Positions 37,772 through 51,149 of a stretch of 64,000 nt of DNA are shown one piece after another. Under the pieces are notes generated by a model. That model saw only the letters and a program-made list of their open reading frames with translations. It did not search any database and was not told the origin of the DNA. Origin of the DNA: Octopus bimaculoides (lineage: Eukaryota); assembly GCF_001194135.2 (NCBI RefSeq), contig NC_068995.1:38033426-38097425 (forward strand), given 5' to 3'. Numbering within the stretch: position 1 is the stretch's first letter; the number at the start of each line of letters is the position of its first letter. Both the position numbers and the translations under genes were made by a program.

Positions 37772-40700
37772 ATCTGTATTTGTGTGTGTGTGTGCGTGTA
37801 TGAGAATATGTTTACGAATGTATGCATATTTAGTTGTAAGTTGTAATCTTATTTGCTCGAGCAATATCCCAGGCTCATTTACAAATTTCTGTATACTATA
37901 AAACATAGTATAAACATACAAATACGTGTACATACGCACTAGACGTTTCTTCACACGCGCGCACACATTTCTAAAGGAAATTAGACGTAGTCTATCTGAA
38001 TACATAACAAACTAAATCAACGAGAAACGTTCTCTTTATCACTTATCTATCAATAGAATATTTGCTGTTTCGACGTGTCAAGATATTACCAAACACGTAT
38101 ACTTGGAACGTTGACGATCATAGATACTGTTGTTACTTCCTATTGCTAAGAAGATAAGTCTATTTTAATGCTTTCTTCGTTGTATTAATCGTTAATAAAC
38201 GCTGATGTGAGTGATTTCTGTCTTTGTTCCGTGTATTATATAACTTGTAACAACGTTTTTCCATTTAGATATGGACGCAGACCGTTCTACTATCAGTTCC
38301 ACTGTCACCACACTTTTTTTCGCTCTCCTTTTTGTTTTTTTCACTAGACCTATGCTGTCATTTCTCTTTTTCTCGATTTTCCTCGACTCATTTTTCTTCC
38401 TGAAATGTCAAAATATTTTCGAAAAATATGTAAATTTAAACCCAAGATCGTCATAAGAGGAAGCACATTATATCCCTTTCTTTTTTAATTTTAGCTAAAT
38501 TGAAACAAATCATATATAAATACAAACAAATCTGCAAATGCCCCATTAACTTCACGAATATATAATTGTGTATAATGATAAAAATATGATTAATTATACA
38601 AATAATGAAATGAGGCGGAAGTAATTGTAAAAATGGTCTATCATTTATGTTCTTCTGCTATATTCTTAATAGTAAACATGTTCCAGATAAATATGAAAAG
38701 GTTAAGTCGAATTAGGAATTTGATAATGCCTTGTACGATTTGAAGTGACAATGTTTAAATGCAAAAAATGATTACAAAACGATGAGCTAACCCGAGTCAG
38801 AATCTAACCGAAAATTGAACGCTAACACTGCTCTTTGCGCATCCCACTGAGCCAAAAGCTCACCAATCTTCACGGTGGTGCACCAGCATGACCGCAGCCA
38901 CTTGGCTGAAACACATAAATAAAAAAAAAAAATCAATTTCAGTCAAATATCCTTAATATATACTTAAACTGTCTAATACTACATATGCTATTTATAAACA
39001 AACGCGAAAGGCTTTGTAAGTAATGGAGACACAGCTACTTTGGAAGACTTGGAGTGTAATAAGAACTGAATAAAATTATCAAATTATATCACAATAATAT
39101 TTTATTCTTCGATTTGAAGCAACAATTGTTAAATACAAACAAATGAAGGGAAAATGATTAGCTAACACCATCCAGAATCAAACACACAAATCAACGCTGA
39201 CACACACATACATATACACATAACACATATACACATATACACACCCACACACATTTGTATATATAAAGAGAGAGAGAGGGAAACAGAAATAGAGAAATAA
39301 ATAGAGCGAGATAAATAGATAGATATAAATATATATTTTATCATCACTAATTGTGACTGAGTGCATTGAAGCACCTATATTACAAGAAATAAGAGGTAAA
39401 CACTCTTAATACTCTAAGAAACACGCAACATATATACACTGACCAAACACTTGGGCAAGTATATGCTTCATATCATTATCGACGAATATAGACGCAACTT
39501 CAAAGAAGCCCTTCACCCCCCACACACATGGTCAATTAAGAAAACAAACAAAAGTGAGGACGTAACACACTCAGAGACAGAAATGAATTGTTGCTTTACG
39601 TTTCGAACTTAGCTCTTCTTCGAAAACAGGAAAACAAGTAAGTCCACAGGGGAAGAGGAAAAAAGGAAGAAAAAGGTGCCAAAAGTCCAGGTGAGGTTGC
39701 ATTTCAGAAGTGATCGGAAGTAGAAGGAATGCAGGGTAAGTGTTTTCTCGAGCAGGGTAAGTGTTTTCTCGGTATGTGTGTCTGACAGTAACTGCGTGTG
39801 TGCGTGCGACGTAGCGTGTGTGCGTGTGGTGGTAACTATATGTTTGCCATGGTGGTATGTGTCGTCGTGTGGTATTAAATGTGTGTGTGTGTGTGTGTGT
39901 GTGTGTTTGTATTTGTGTGAGTAGTGTGTGTGTGTTTGTCTGGGTAAGGTGTAGGATCTGTGTGTGTATGTGTTAATGTCGCTCTCAGAGGTCAGCAGCT
40001 ATAGTAACAGGAGTGAGAATGGGTGGGTGCGGTTGTGTGTGTGTGTCTGTTTGCATCTGTACATATGTGGAGGGGTCAATAGTGATACAGACGCAGTTTG
40101 AAGCAGTCTCAAAGGTGTGTGAAGGGTTGGGTGTGACTACGTGTGTGCGTGTGGGAATGTGTGTCTATCTATGTGTATGTGAGTGTGTGTGGAAGTGTAT
40201 AGACGTGCTTGTAAATGTGTGCATGTGTATGCGTTGTGTGTATGTTGTTCGTGTGGAGGGGTGTGTGTGAGGGAGAGAGGGTGAGGTGAAAGTGTGTGTG
40301 GGTGCGATGGTCTAGCCAACGGTGTGGGTATTATGTGTGCGGGCATGCGTTTGTGTGTGTGTGTGTGTGCGTGTGTGTGTGGCTATGTGTGTGCGCGGTG
40401 GTGTGTGCATGTGTGCGCGTGTGTGGTGTGTGTACACGCGTGTGCATGTGAAGTGTGTGTNNNNNNNNNNNNNNNNNNNNNNNNNNNNNNNNNNNNNNNN
40501 NNNNNNNNNNNNNNNNNNNNNNNNNNNNNNNNNNNNNNNNNNNNNNNNNNNNNNNNNNNNNNNNNNNNNNNNNNNNNNNNNNNNNNNCATGTGTGCGCGT
40601 GTGTGGTGTGTGTACACGCGTGTGCATGTGAAGTGTGTGTACGTGTGTGTGTATAAGGTGTATGTATGTGTTAGCTCGTGGGTGTGTATGTGGTGTGTTG

Positions 40701-40984
40701 TATAGAAATATAAAATAAAAATTAATACAAGTAAATAATGAAAATTAAAACCTAGTAATAATAAGAAAATAAATGAAAAGGATTTTGTGAATAAATCAGT
40801 AACAGAAATAAAATAATACAAAAATTAGTAGCAAAAATAAGATCAGTAACAGAATACATAAAAAATAGAAATTATGAAAAAAAGTAAAATAAAATAAATA
40901 CTGGAATAAAGAAATAAACGAATATAAAATATGTTTGAGAAACATGTTTTTTTAGAAGGGGTGTGGGGAAAAATCACCGAGAAG

Positions 40985-41845
40985 TTGGTGTGCCGAAAGG
41001 AGTTTGAGTACGTGCAGTGAAGATTTAAAGCTGTTCCAGGCGGAGTCTAGAGTTGACGGATCCATGGTGAAGGGCAATGCCAAAGACGGTGATGTCTTAG
41101 GTGGAGTTGTTGGCTAAGCGAAAATGACGGGCAACGCGGGTATTCTTACGTAGACGAACGTCTGTTATGTGTTCGGTGAACCGGTTGGTTAGCCGACGTC
41201 CGTTCTGACCAACGTAAAGTTTATTGCAAAGATTTCACCCGATACAATAAATGAGTCTTGAAGAAGTGCAGACGAAGGAGTTCCTTATATTGAGGGTACG
41301 CTGGTTAGATCTAGTGGGGAAAGTAGTGTTGATGATGAAAGGACAGGTGCTGGAACAGGGTCTGGAATAAGGGAAGGGTCCGGGTGAGGTTCGAATGGAG
41401 TGGGGTGGTAGCTACAGACCAGTAGGTCACATGGGTTACTGGTACGTTTGAAGGAAGGCAAGCGTGGGTTAGTGAAAATAGTGGTTACTGGGATCTAGAT
41501 GGAGGCGACGGAAGGCCCTCAAGATATTCCAACGAATGGATGGAGAGATGAAAGAGGGGAAAGGGATCGGTTTGGGGAAGGGAGGAGTGGGTAGTGTGAT
41601 CTATTGGACGAGTGCATTTCGGACAAGGATGGAGGGTATTCATGAAACATGAATAAGAGGGCCAGGTATTGGGACTGGGTATTGAAATCCTGGTCCCAGT
41701 TGCACAGGCGTCGGAGGCGGAGAAACTGGGGAAACTAGGAGAAAGCCCATTTGGTGTGTGAGGGATGAGAGCAGGAAACGTTAAAGCAGAGGTGCGTGTC
41801 TGAGGTTTAAAAGAAGGTGAAGTTAGTGAGGGACTGGATGTGGGG
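40985..41845 (-). mobile_element. Penelope-like element (second subfamily), RT C-terminus plus GIY-YIG pseudogene
   Basis: SHPSHTKWAFS*FPQFLRLRRLC; CTSSRLIYCIG*NLCNKLYVGQNGRRLTNRFTEH (IY..YVG GIY-YIG motif). Confidence 0.85.
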
Positions 41846-41851
41846 ATCAAA

Positions 41852-41907
<56 letters not shown>

Positions 41908-42109
41908 TTCAAAGTAAACTCTGTAATCGCTACCAATATAGCATAAGATTTCACCTCAAAAAATCTTTAATTAGATTCATTAAGGATAAACTTCGGTGTT
42001 GATTCTCATGTTTAGTATCACTGAAATCATGACGAAAACATTTTTTAAACAGACATCAATATTGGGGATTCTTTCTTTTCTTATTGTCTTCTTTCTTATT
42101 TTTTATTTT

Positions 42110-42745
42110 CCAGATGGCTGCGTGACTGATCAAAAGCGAGCTTAGATAGCAGCATGCAATGAAGTGTAGAATTCCATTGTTATGGTTCAGAGATGGTGGC
42201 GAGCTTGGAAAGGTCAGCATGCAACACTACTTCAATAAAAAGTTGTCATGCAAAGCTGATGACAAGGCCTTCTGTGAACGATGCAAGAAGGGATCGTCCA
42301 ACGACATCCCGATCAGCGGAGAACGTGGCAAAAGTGAAGGAAATGTTTAATCGCAGCCTGGAAGAATCAACACGTCAAGCAGCTCGTAAATGTGGACGAA
42401 GAAGAGACACAGCACATACAGTGTTACATAAAGAATTGAATTTTCGTCCGTGGAAACCTCATGGAGAGCAGGATCTAAAACCGAAAGGCAGTGACTGCAG
42501 AATTGAATTTGGAATGGCCTCCAATATGTCGAGATCTCACGTCCTTGAGATTTTTACCTATGGGGTTATGCGAAAGTGGAGGGGCACAACACAAAACCTC
42601 GCACACTGCTGGACTTGGAAACACGGATTCAAGAGGTTCTCCGTGATATCAAGGATGATGTGCTTCAGAAGGTTGTTCATTCTATTCCTGGCCGTTTGAA
42701 GAAACTAGTTGACCCCACCAGTGCTTCCATTCAAATATGAAGATT
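42110..42745 (+). mobile_element. Tc1/mariner-superfamily element (rosa/maT-like), internally deleted
   Basis: RPTTSRSAENVAKVKEMFNRS..STRQAARK..LHKELNFRPWKPH joined almost directly to DFYLWGYAK..KPRTLLDLETRIQEV; most of the catalytic core is missing. Confidence 0.75.
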
Positions 42746-43148
42746 TACTTTCATTTTCTTATGTAATAAAGAACATGTATAATTTGTTTCAATAAATTAG
42801 TAAAAGGAATATAGATTTTATTACCAATTTATAATGCCCACTTACATTCCACCTACCTTATATATACACACATACATACATACATACATGCATACACGCA
42901 TANNNNNNNNNNNNNNNNNNNNNNNNNNNNNNNNNNNNNNNNNNNNNNNNNNNNNNNNNNNNNNNNNNNNNNNNNNNNNNNNNNNNNNNNNNNNNNNNNN
43001 NNNNNNNNNNNNNNNNNNNNNNNNNNNNNNNNNNNNNNNNNNNNNNNNNNNNNNNNNNNNNNNNNNNNNNNNNNNNNNNNNNNNNNNNNNNNNNNNNNNN
43101 NNNNNNNNNNNNNNNNNNNNNNNNNNNNNNNNNNNNNNNNNNNNNNNN

Positions 43149-43322
43149 ACAACCGATGATGGTGTGTTTAAGTACCCGTGACTTAGTGGTTCGGCAAAGG
43201 GGTCCGATAGAACAAGTACTATGCTTACAAAGAATAAGTCCTGGGGTCGATTTGCTCGACTAAAGGCGGTGCTCCAGTATGGCCGCAGTAAAATGACTGA
43301 AAGAGGTAAAAGAGAGTAAAGA
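43149..43322 (+). mobile_element. SINE family 2, 3' half
   Basis: acaaccgatgatggtgtgttt..gaataagtcctggggtcgatttgctcgactaaaggcggtgctccag. Confidence 0.85.
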
Positions 43323-44344
43323 GTATATATATGAAATATATATAAAACTAAAAAATTACGTACGTTTAGCGAGTTAAATTTAAGCCTCCATACTCACAGC
43401 GGGAATTCGAAGGTGTTGCCATGACAACTCCACTTAATTACTGAAATCTTATCTCTGCGATTTATGTGACATCGTAGGTGTGTGAAACAAGATTTCTTTG
43501 AAAACATACCGCAGTGTAATTTCGCTATTTTCTTATATGTTCTTGTTTTAGTTCGGCATGTCGAAGAACTGTGATATTGGTCATGTATGTAAATGTAAAT
43601 TTTGTTTGTTTTCCTTTCTTGTATTAAATTCTTCTTCTTCTTTAAAAAGATTAAATAAATAAAGAAAATAAATAAATAGAAATAAAGAAAAAAAATATGC
43701 CTATTGGTTTCCTTCTTCGTTTTCAACGATACTGTTTGTTGTGATGGCAAATACGTTGCCATGGTAGCAAATACATTCGGCATCCGCTGGTGAAGACACG
43801 ACTCGTTTCTTTGGCTAAGCATATATGATTTTAAATGTTCCTATAGTGTTAATCATTAAATTTTCGAAGCCTTGAATACAATAGTCGTCATCAGCATGCA
43901 AAATTACAGCTGTGTGGTGAATTTGAAAATAATCCATTTAGAAATGAAAAATGTTCAAGTGATCGGAAGATCAAAAGCTAAGCTGAAAGTACTTTAGATT
44001 ACTTATGCGAAACCTCAACCTTATAAAATGTTTCACTGTACCAAACCTTCACCAAATATAATGCTTCAGAAACACACACAAACACACAAACACACAAACA
44101 CACAAACACAGATTTACACACATACCAATGAGTGACTAAACAAAGAACAGAGGAACATTTAGATGGATTAACATATATTACTATTTAAAACAGGTTAATT
44201 CGGTCAAGTGTATCTTGAAGTTTCTCTAAGGAGTCAACAAAATTTGAAGACGCATGGGATAGAATCAAACTGCCTTAAATAACAACAACAACAACTACAA
44301 TGATGATAACAATAGTAATCGACGCACTTGTCACCAATAGTAAC

Positions 44345-44572
44345 TGGAGCAAATGATGCGAGTATTAACTGGAGCACTTGGCAGTATCAACGCTCATCTA
44401 CAAATAAGGCTCAAAATAATTGGTACGAATGTAAAGATAGAACACCTACAAAAATTACTAACGTAAGAATTCTTCGAAGCATCACCAATAAACAAGTGTC
44501 ACCTTAGGCTGGTGGCCGTGGATGGCTGACACGTTCCATCATGCCTAGCAAAGTAAGACGTGAGTTTTCATC

Positions 44573-44575
<3 letters not shown>
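44345..44575 (+). mobile_element. R4/Dong-clade LINE 3' end with (AAT)n tail
   Basis: GALGSI..IEHLQK..RILR C-terminal motif, then a short UTR running into the (AAT)n array. Confidence 0.6.
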
Positions 44576-44750
<175 letters not shown>

Positions 44751-44751
44751 A

Positions 44752-45308
44752 ATGCCCTGATGCAGTACCAGACAGTGGCTCTCATGGCTTCTGTTCTTAA
44801 CTGATTCGAAGTGTTATCATGAACATTGTTTTGCCTTGGTATAAAAGATGGGCTACAGCAAATATTCTGTTCAATGCCAAAGATTGCTTGTCAGTTGTTT
44901 GACCTTAACCAGTTGAGCATGTCCCTTGGTGGCTGACAATATGTGCATCTCTGATCATGAGCAGAAGTAGTGGGGGGAGCATCATAGCCATGTGTTGAGA
45001 GGAATTCTTTGGGGTTTGAATAATTCACCTTTGGAAACATGGGTGTTTTGCTCAACATCCTTAAACAAACCTTATTCAGGGACCTTTTGAGCGGGATGGG
45101 CTACTCGACCGGAAGAAAATTCTAACTGGGTCCCACCTGTGAGGTCATGCGCTGTTTATCTTGATATGAGATCACCCTGTCGCGCACATATGGTTGTGAT
45201 GCTTGTGCCTGGTGTATCTTATCAGACAGGTTATCATGATGGGTATACTGGGCTTCGTATATTTTACCCCAGTGTCACTTTGATCACATGCACGACTCTC
45301 TCACTCAA
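44752..45308 (+). mobile_element. Interspersed repeat family A, apparently full-length copy flanked by (AAT)n
   Basis: Starts atgccctgatgcagtacc after (AAT)n and ends ctctctcactcaataatgataat; homologous to 7075-7490 and 60478-60640. Confidence 0.85.
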
Positions 45309-46669
45309 TAATGATAATAAAAATAACAATAATAATAATAACATATCTATGTGCATGTCTGTCTGTCCATCTGTTTGTCTGTCTGTCTGCCTGTATGTAT
45401 GTATGTATGTATGTGTGTGAGTGAGTGTGTGTTTATAGGTTCGTTATAGCTTCGAAATTAAATAGATAAGAGCTTCATTAACGCATACTGGGAATAGAGA
45501 TGATCACCTTCGACAGTTATTGCAACTTCATTTTGTGTCGCTTGACCAACCTTCAATAATAAAGCAAAATATATAAAGAACAAAATGTGTGTAAAATACC
45601 AGAGCAGCTGCTAGGAGTTAATAACTACATCGCTAGAATTGGGTATTTGCTGACATATTGCTGCATCAAGCGGTAGACTTCTATATTTGGACTGACGGAA
45701 TACGGTGTAAGCTTTCCTCGATAAATATTCCAAATAGGAGCATGGTCAGTTGGGATATCACTCCGAGCTGCCAAAGCTCATATAATGTATTCAAGCGTTT
45801 ATATTTCGAAGCCTAACTAAATGTATGTTAATGAAGCGTATCACCAATGACATCTGTATTCATGTTTATTTCTAACCCAGCTGTGTTCGTAATGTGTATA
45901 TGTATCTATATTTGCATAATCCCTTAATAAAAAGAGGCCTCCATAGACATGTCTCTCAATTGGATTCATTAGCTTCAAACATGATTATACTCTCATAATA
46001 AATCGCTTGAATTGCCTCCAATATTTACGTTAAAAAAAATATGCCTACCTATCTCTCCCTTTCTCGCAATTTATCAATATATCTATCTAACTACATGTAT
46101 ATCTATGTATGTATGCGAGTGTGTGTGTATGTTTATGCGTGTGTATGTATGTTTATGTACATAGTCATACCACACACGCACAGACACAGACACACACTGA
46201 TATATACATGCTCGCACACACGCACACGCACACACATATACACAAAGACTAAGTTTTTAGAGTTTACGCGAATGGTCTAAGAAAGGGAGAAACAGAAGAC
46301 GTTTGATAGACTCATGTTCTGGAGGCGCAACTAAGTAACAATATTGCAGTTTAGTTGCATTATAAAGTGCTTCTTGTCCATTTTGATGAAGTAGTGTACG
46401 CCTTTTCACCGGCATTTTAGTTTCATCTTTCGTGGAATGAACCGAGTCGGAACTTAGCATGTACTTCATTGCTTACATCGATAACCTGTCTCTACTAAAA
46501 TTGATTGGTGCAGGCAATTGTGGAAATCTGAGAATAACAGAAATATGGGAAGCTATAACCAGCTAGACGAGGATCAGATTTCTTTTCAATGGTCTCTTCT
46601 ACGAGATCTACGCTTTTATGATTGATTTGTTCCGCAACCTATGTGGGAGGCCTTTAGCAGTTTATACCA

Positions 46670-48100
46670 TCAAAAGCATTCAGTAGTTTCGATCAACAGC
46701 TTGTTTCGGTTCTATCTTCAGCTACTGGATCGAAAAATGTACAGTAGCATCTGATCGATGGTTAGGGTGAATAGCCGCAACTGAGCAGTCAAATTGGTCG
46801 GGTGACTCACCCAGGCGAATAAAATTGTATAGCATGTACAAATCCTGTAAAGGTTGCCACTTCTTGACTCCTCTCTATGTAGGGATTTCTGAGAAAATAC
46901 CACCATAACTGTAAACATCGAATGATGTCCTGAGTGATGCGTAAATCTGTGTCGGTAGCTACAGATAAGGTCAAAGTAATAGTTTTTGACAAACAAACAC
47001 ATCAAACTACTTTGTTCTGGTGCAAGGAACTATGAAGCAGGTCAATGGAAAGACGGATCGGTGAAACAGCATGGTGTCTGGTTTGCCCTGGACTTCCAGA
47101 TGGGTAATACTTATGATGAAGTTACACGAAGAGCAACCAGTCTCATTTAAAAATGCGCCAGGAAGAAATTATTCCTGAAAAGTTGGACAGAGGTGACTAA
47201 CGCTCACATTACCTGTTTAGTAATAGATCTTGTCCCAGTCCACGTTTGGCGGGACTAGAGCGTTTACTTTTCTCCTTCCAACCGAAAGGACCTGCTCCAC
47301 TGGTTAAGTGACCCAACTATATGAAGTGCCCTCTGGAAATCAGGCTATGCTACTTACAGGACTTCCTGGTTGGTGAGACGGCGTTGTCTCGGTTTGCATG
47401 AAACAACTCACCGCAGCTCATCTACTGCAACCTCGGGTTAAGATATGTCCAAGATTAGGCGCCTGACATTTGTAATATCGCCATGTGCTCAGTGGCCTCC
47501 TCTACTAGCCTCACATTACCGTCTATAGAAGTTCTATAGTAGCAATATATAGAAATCTGGTGATGGGTAAGAGCGATGATATTCAAGTCGGTGACCACGA
47601 TGAACTAGCTGGTTTCTTTCGGAGGACTTTCGAACCCAGTATTACTATAGATAACTTCCAGAAATTGCTGGCCTGGAAGTGCTAAAGAGAAGCACTGTCT
47701 GTTCGAGATAAACTCTACAGCGTCGAGAACGTTCTGCATGCACTCGTGCAGTATCCGAGTTTTTCTGACTTGCGGAGTTATGTTGAATGTCTGTTATAGT
47801 ATGTAGGACAAATCTTACTATCGGCCAAATCCATCATGAGGTTCGCATCTATCTTTAACAAGGAAGGACAGGCTGTGTTCCTTTACCTAGCGGCTATGAC
47901 GTAAAAGGTTGAGCAGTGGATGAAATTGGAAGGATTGAGGAAAGACACCTACATCTTTGGTCAAGCTCACCTTGATTTCTAAAGTGTCATTTGGAGATGA
48001 AATTGAGGGTGGAGAGGGAAGTGCTACCACCCAATTAATTTGTGAAGCGATGGGTGACTGTGGAAAATTTGTTAGAGAGGCGCCTGTAGATTGGAGAGCA
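46670..48100 (+). mobile_element. L1/Tx1-like LINE ORF2 (RT and downstream region) pseudogene
   Basis: KAFSSFDQQL (KAFDRVDH-like), GCHFLTPLYV (QGCPLSPLLY-like), VATDKVKV (YADD-like), KKLFLKSWTEVTNAHI, LERLLFSF, LRVEREVL. Confidence 0.65.
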
Positions 48101-48974
48101 TGTGAGGGGGTTCTTACCTTCGGAAAGAAAGTTTTCTTTTCGAAATAGTGTTTAAAATATCAATATGGCAGAGTCTTCGCTAAACGGAGAAGATGGGATG
48201 GTGGGAGGTCGTTTTGAAGGCAAAGTTCTCTTTTGCAGCTCAACTTCCCAGGCTGCTCTAATAATCATTGAAAAAACTAGTAGCAGCAGAACCAACAGCA
48301 ACAATACGAACAAAAACAAAAGCAACAACAGCATCAGAAAAAAACAACAGCAAGAAGAGAAATTCACAATGTAACATGAAGATAGTGGCACTAACACCAC
48401 AATAACCATTACAAAAACCAACCAAATCAACAATAAAAATAAACCAGCAATTTAAGAAAATATTTCTTCACACATAACACGTGCAAATTCAACTACTGCA
48501 TTTAACACTTACCCCTAATAAAGCCAACACAGTCGCTGAAAATGATAAAAAATACAAAACGAGCTGTAAATATTTAACAGATGCAGAGCGTCAAACAAAA
48601 GAAAATATAAATCTTTCGATGGGAGATTTGAGAAATGTAAGAAACATATTAAAATAAAATGGATGAAGGTTAACTCTTAACACTCCGAAAGCCATACTGA
48701 GAAAAACAAAATCTTACAAAACAACAGGAATAAAATATCGTTGACTAGCAAACGCACTCGTCCGTTGGTCGGTTTAAATTGCTTTGGTAGTTTTTTTTAA
48801 CCAAATTATTGAACTACTAAGAAGTTTTATGAGTAGCACGGTAATCTATGTTTCCGATTAACCCAGGAAAAGAAAACTAGATTGAAGGCTGGTTATTGTG
48901 GAGGTCGTTGCACATTAATGATCATAGAACATATAAATTTGCAAGCGATGTAATGTAGGGCTATTGAAGTGTGT

Positions 48975-49322
48975 GCATTCAAAAGCTGCCAACACAACGA
49001 CAACTACTTGTTATTTATGGATGACCTCAAACTTTATGAATCCCAAGTCAGTTCCCTCGTTGATACGGTGTATACATTCAGTGCTGATATCAGAATGGTG
49101 TTCGGACTGAAAAAGTGTGGTGTGTTAGTCTTCATGGAGAGGCAAAATCAAATGTATGGACGGGCTAGCGATACCGTCGGGAGAAGTTATGAAGTAGGTA
49201 GAAGAGACGAGCTATAATTACTTGGTGTTAGTGGAAATGGATACATTGATGGAGAAAGAAATGACTGAAAAATGTAAGGTGGACTATTTGCGCAGACTGA
49301 AGCTGATCCTTAGGTCGAAATT
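48975..49322 (+). mobile_element. R4/Dong-clade LINE RT fragment
   Basis: NYLLFMDDLKLYE..IRMVFGLKKCG..YNYL..DYLRRLKLILRSKL. Confidence 0.85.
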
Positions 49323-49490
49323 ATTATTATTATGATTTTAATTCTTCTTCTTCTTCTTCTTCTTCTTCTTCTTCTTCTTCTTCTTCTTCTTCTTCTTCTT
49401 CTTCTTCTTCTTCTTCTTCTTCTTCTTNNNNNNNNNNATCTTCTTCTTCTTCTTCTTCTTCTTCTTCTTCTTCTTCTTCTTCTTCTTCTT

Positions 49491-49575
<85 letters not shown>
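49321..49575. repeat. Compound microsatellite (CTT)n(TTA)n
   Basis: Read directly from the sequence; source of the poly-L/K/R ORFs. Confidence 0.98.
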
Positions 49576-49579
49576 TCAT

Positions 49580-50615
49580 GTGCACACATCATATCAGACT
49601 GTTGAAAAAGAAAAACAAAACCTAACTCCGGGATACAACAGGTAACCCTAGATGCCAAGATCCATTCGAAGTATCCTAGCTGTCCTTAACAACACTAGTT
49701 TCTGGAGCTGTACTAAAGTGGGTTTGATGCCTATTTCCTTTATCTATCTCTTAAAATATTCAAGGATAGTTCCCAATGCACCCTAATGACTGGGTTACAT
49801 TTTATCCGCACTTTCTAGTATTTGTAATTCAGTCGCTAGGTCCTGATACTTTGCAATTTTTTCTATACATTTCATATTGATCTTTTAATTATTTGCGACT
49901 GTAAAGTCAGTTATCTGGCAGTTTCTATTCTACTACTACTAAATCAAACCTTCTTGCTCGTATTACTCTGTCAGTCTGAGTGTTAAATTCCCACATCTTA
50001 TATTTCTTACTTTATGGGACTTTACTAGGTTCCTGTTCATGCCGTTTTTCACTATGTTCAAATACAAGCTTTCTACATAAATTGCAGTGGATTACTTTCC
50101 CTAGATTGTCATGGCATTTCTTGTATTCTTTCACTTACTATATGAGTAACACTCTCCTCTTTTGATTTGCATAACCTACATTGAGAATCTACTTGGATTT
50201 TGCCTATCTTGACTTTTATCCAATTAGTCCTTAACGCTCGAGCTTGTGCAGTCACTAACAAACTTTCTGTATCCCTTTCCAGCTTTCCTTTCTGTAACCA
50301 TAACCATATTTCACTATTACTTTTTTAGCATCTATGTTTGGGAATCTACCATGCAATGCCTTCTATTGTCCGTCATATAATTTCTGTTCTTTTTTCTGAT
50401 ATTCAACTTCGTTTGGTTTCTTTTTTGTATCCCTATGTCTTGCTGTGACTCGATCAGATTTTGATAAATTGTCTTCATTATAACCTACATGGGAGTCTAT
50501 ATCTCCCCTAGCTAACTCCACGCAGTCTTCTACTGATATTAACCCTCTTCTGTCTTCCTTTCTTTTTATGTATAATGTTGCTACACCTGCTCTTATGTGG
50601 AGTCCTCCATTCATA
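49580..50615 (-). mobile_element. R4/Dong-clade LINE, 5'-truncated C-terminal part with zinc-knuckle and restriction-like endonuclease regions
   Basis: MNGGLHIRAGVATLYIKRKEDRRGLISVEDCV, KALHGRF, ESVTHIV, WEFNTQTDRVIRARRFDLVVVE and YQDL; flanked on both sides by (TAA)n on its own strand. Confidence 0.85.
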
Positions 50616-50624
50616 ATGAATTCA

Positions 50625-50635
50625 TATCATCATCA

Positions 50636-50709
<74 letters not shown>

Positions 50710-50775
50710 GAATTCCTATTATTATTGTTGTTGTTGTTGTTACTATTATTATTATCATTATTAATATTATCATTA
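50625..50775. repeat. Imperfect (TTA)n/(TTG)n microsatellite
   Basis: Read directly from the sequence. Confidence 0.95.
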
Positions 50776-51149
50776 TTATTTCACAGGCTTCTTACAGACA
50801 CCTAGCTCATTCAGGTTCAGATTACCGAATGAAGAGTCACATGAAAAACCAAGTTGGTTACCAGAAGCTGGAATGCTATTGGGGAATGCATATCCCAAGG
50901 CGTTGTCAGAAGTGCAATCGGCATTTTCAGCGACACCAGATTCATTGGTAAGAAGAATTTCCGGGACCGTGTATTTGGACAGGAATTGTTTATTATTTTC
51001 CTCGTGAATATGTGATATTTCACTATGTCCCATACCAATTATTGCTTCATCCTTAAAACGTCTACTCACTGGAATTTTTTCCCTTAATAATGAATTTCCT
51101 TTCTTTTTTTTATCAGTTCTTTTGCCTTTTGCTTTTGTAAAGTTATCAA
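50776..51149 (-). other. Candidate terminal coding exon of an unidentified gene
   Basis: 374-nt stop-free frame after tatgtAG (VDNFTKAKGK...VCKKPVK*); no family motif recognised. Confidence 0.3.

Noticed and set aside
40408-40645. Identical ~50-bp sequence on both sides of a 127-N gap
   Set aside because: Most likely an unmerged contig overlap or collapsed tandem repeat
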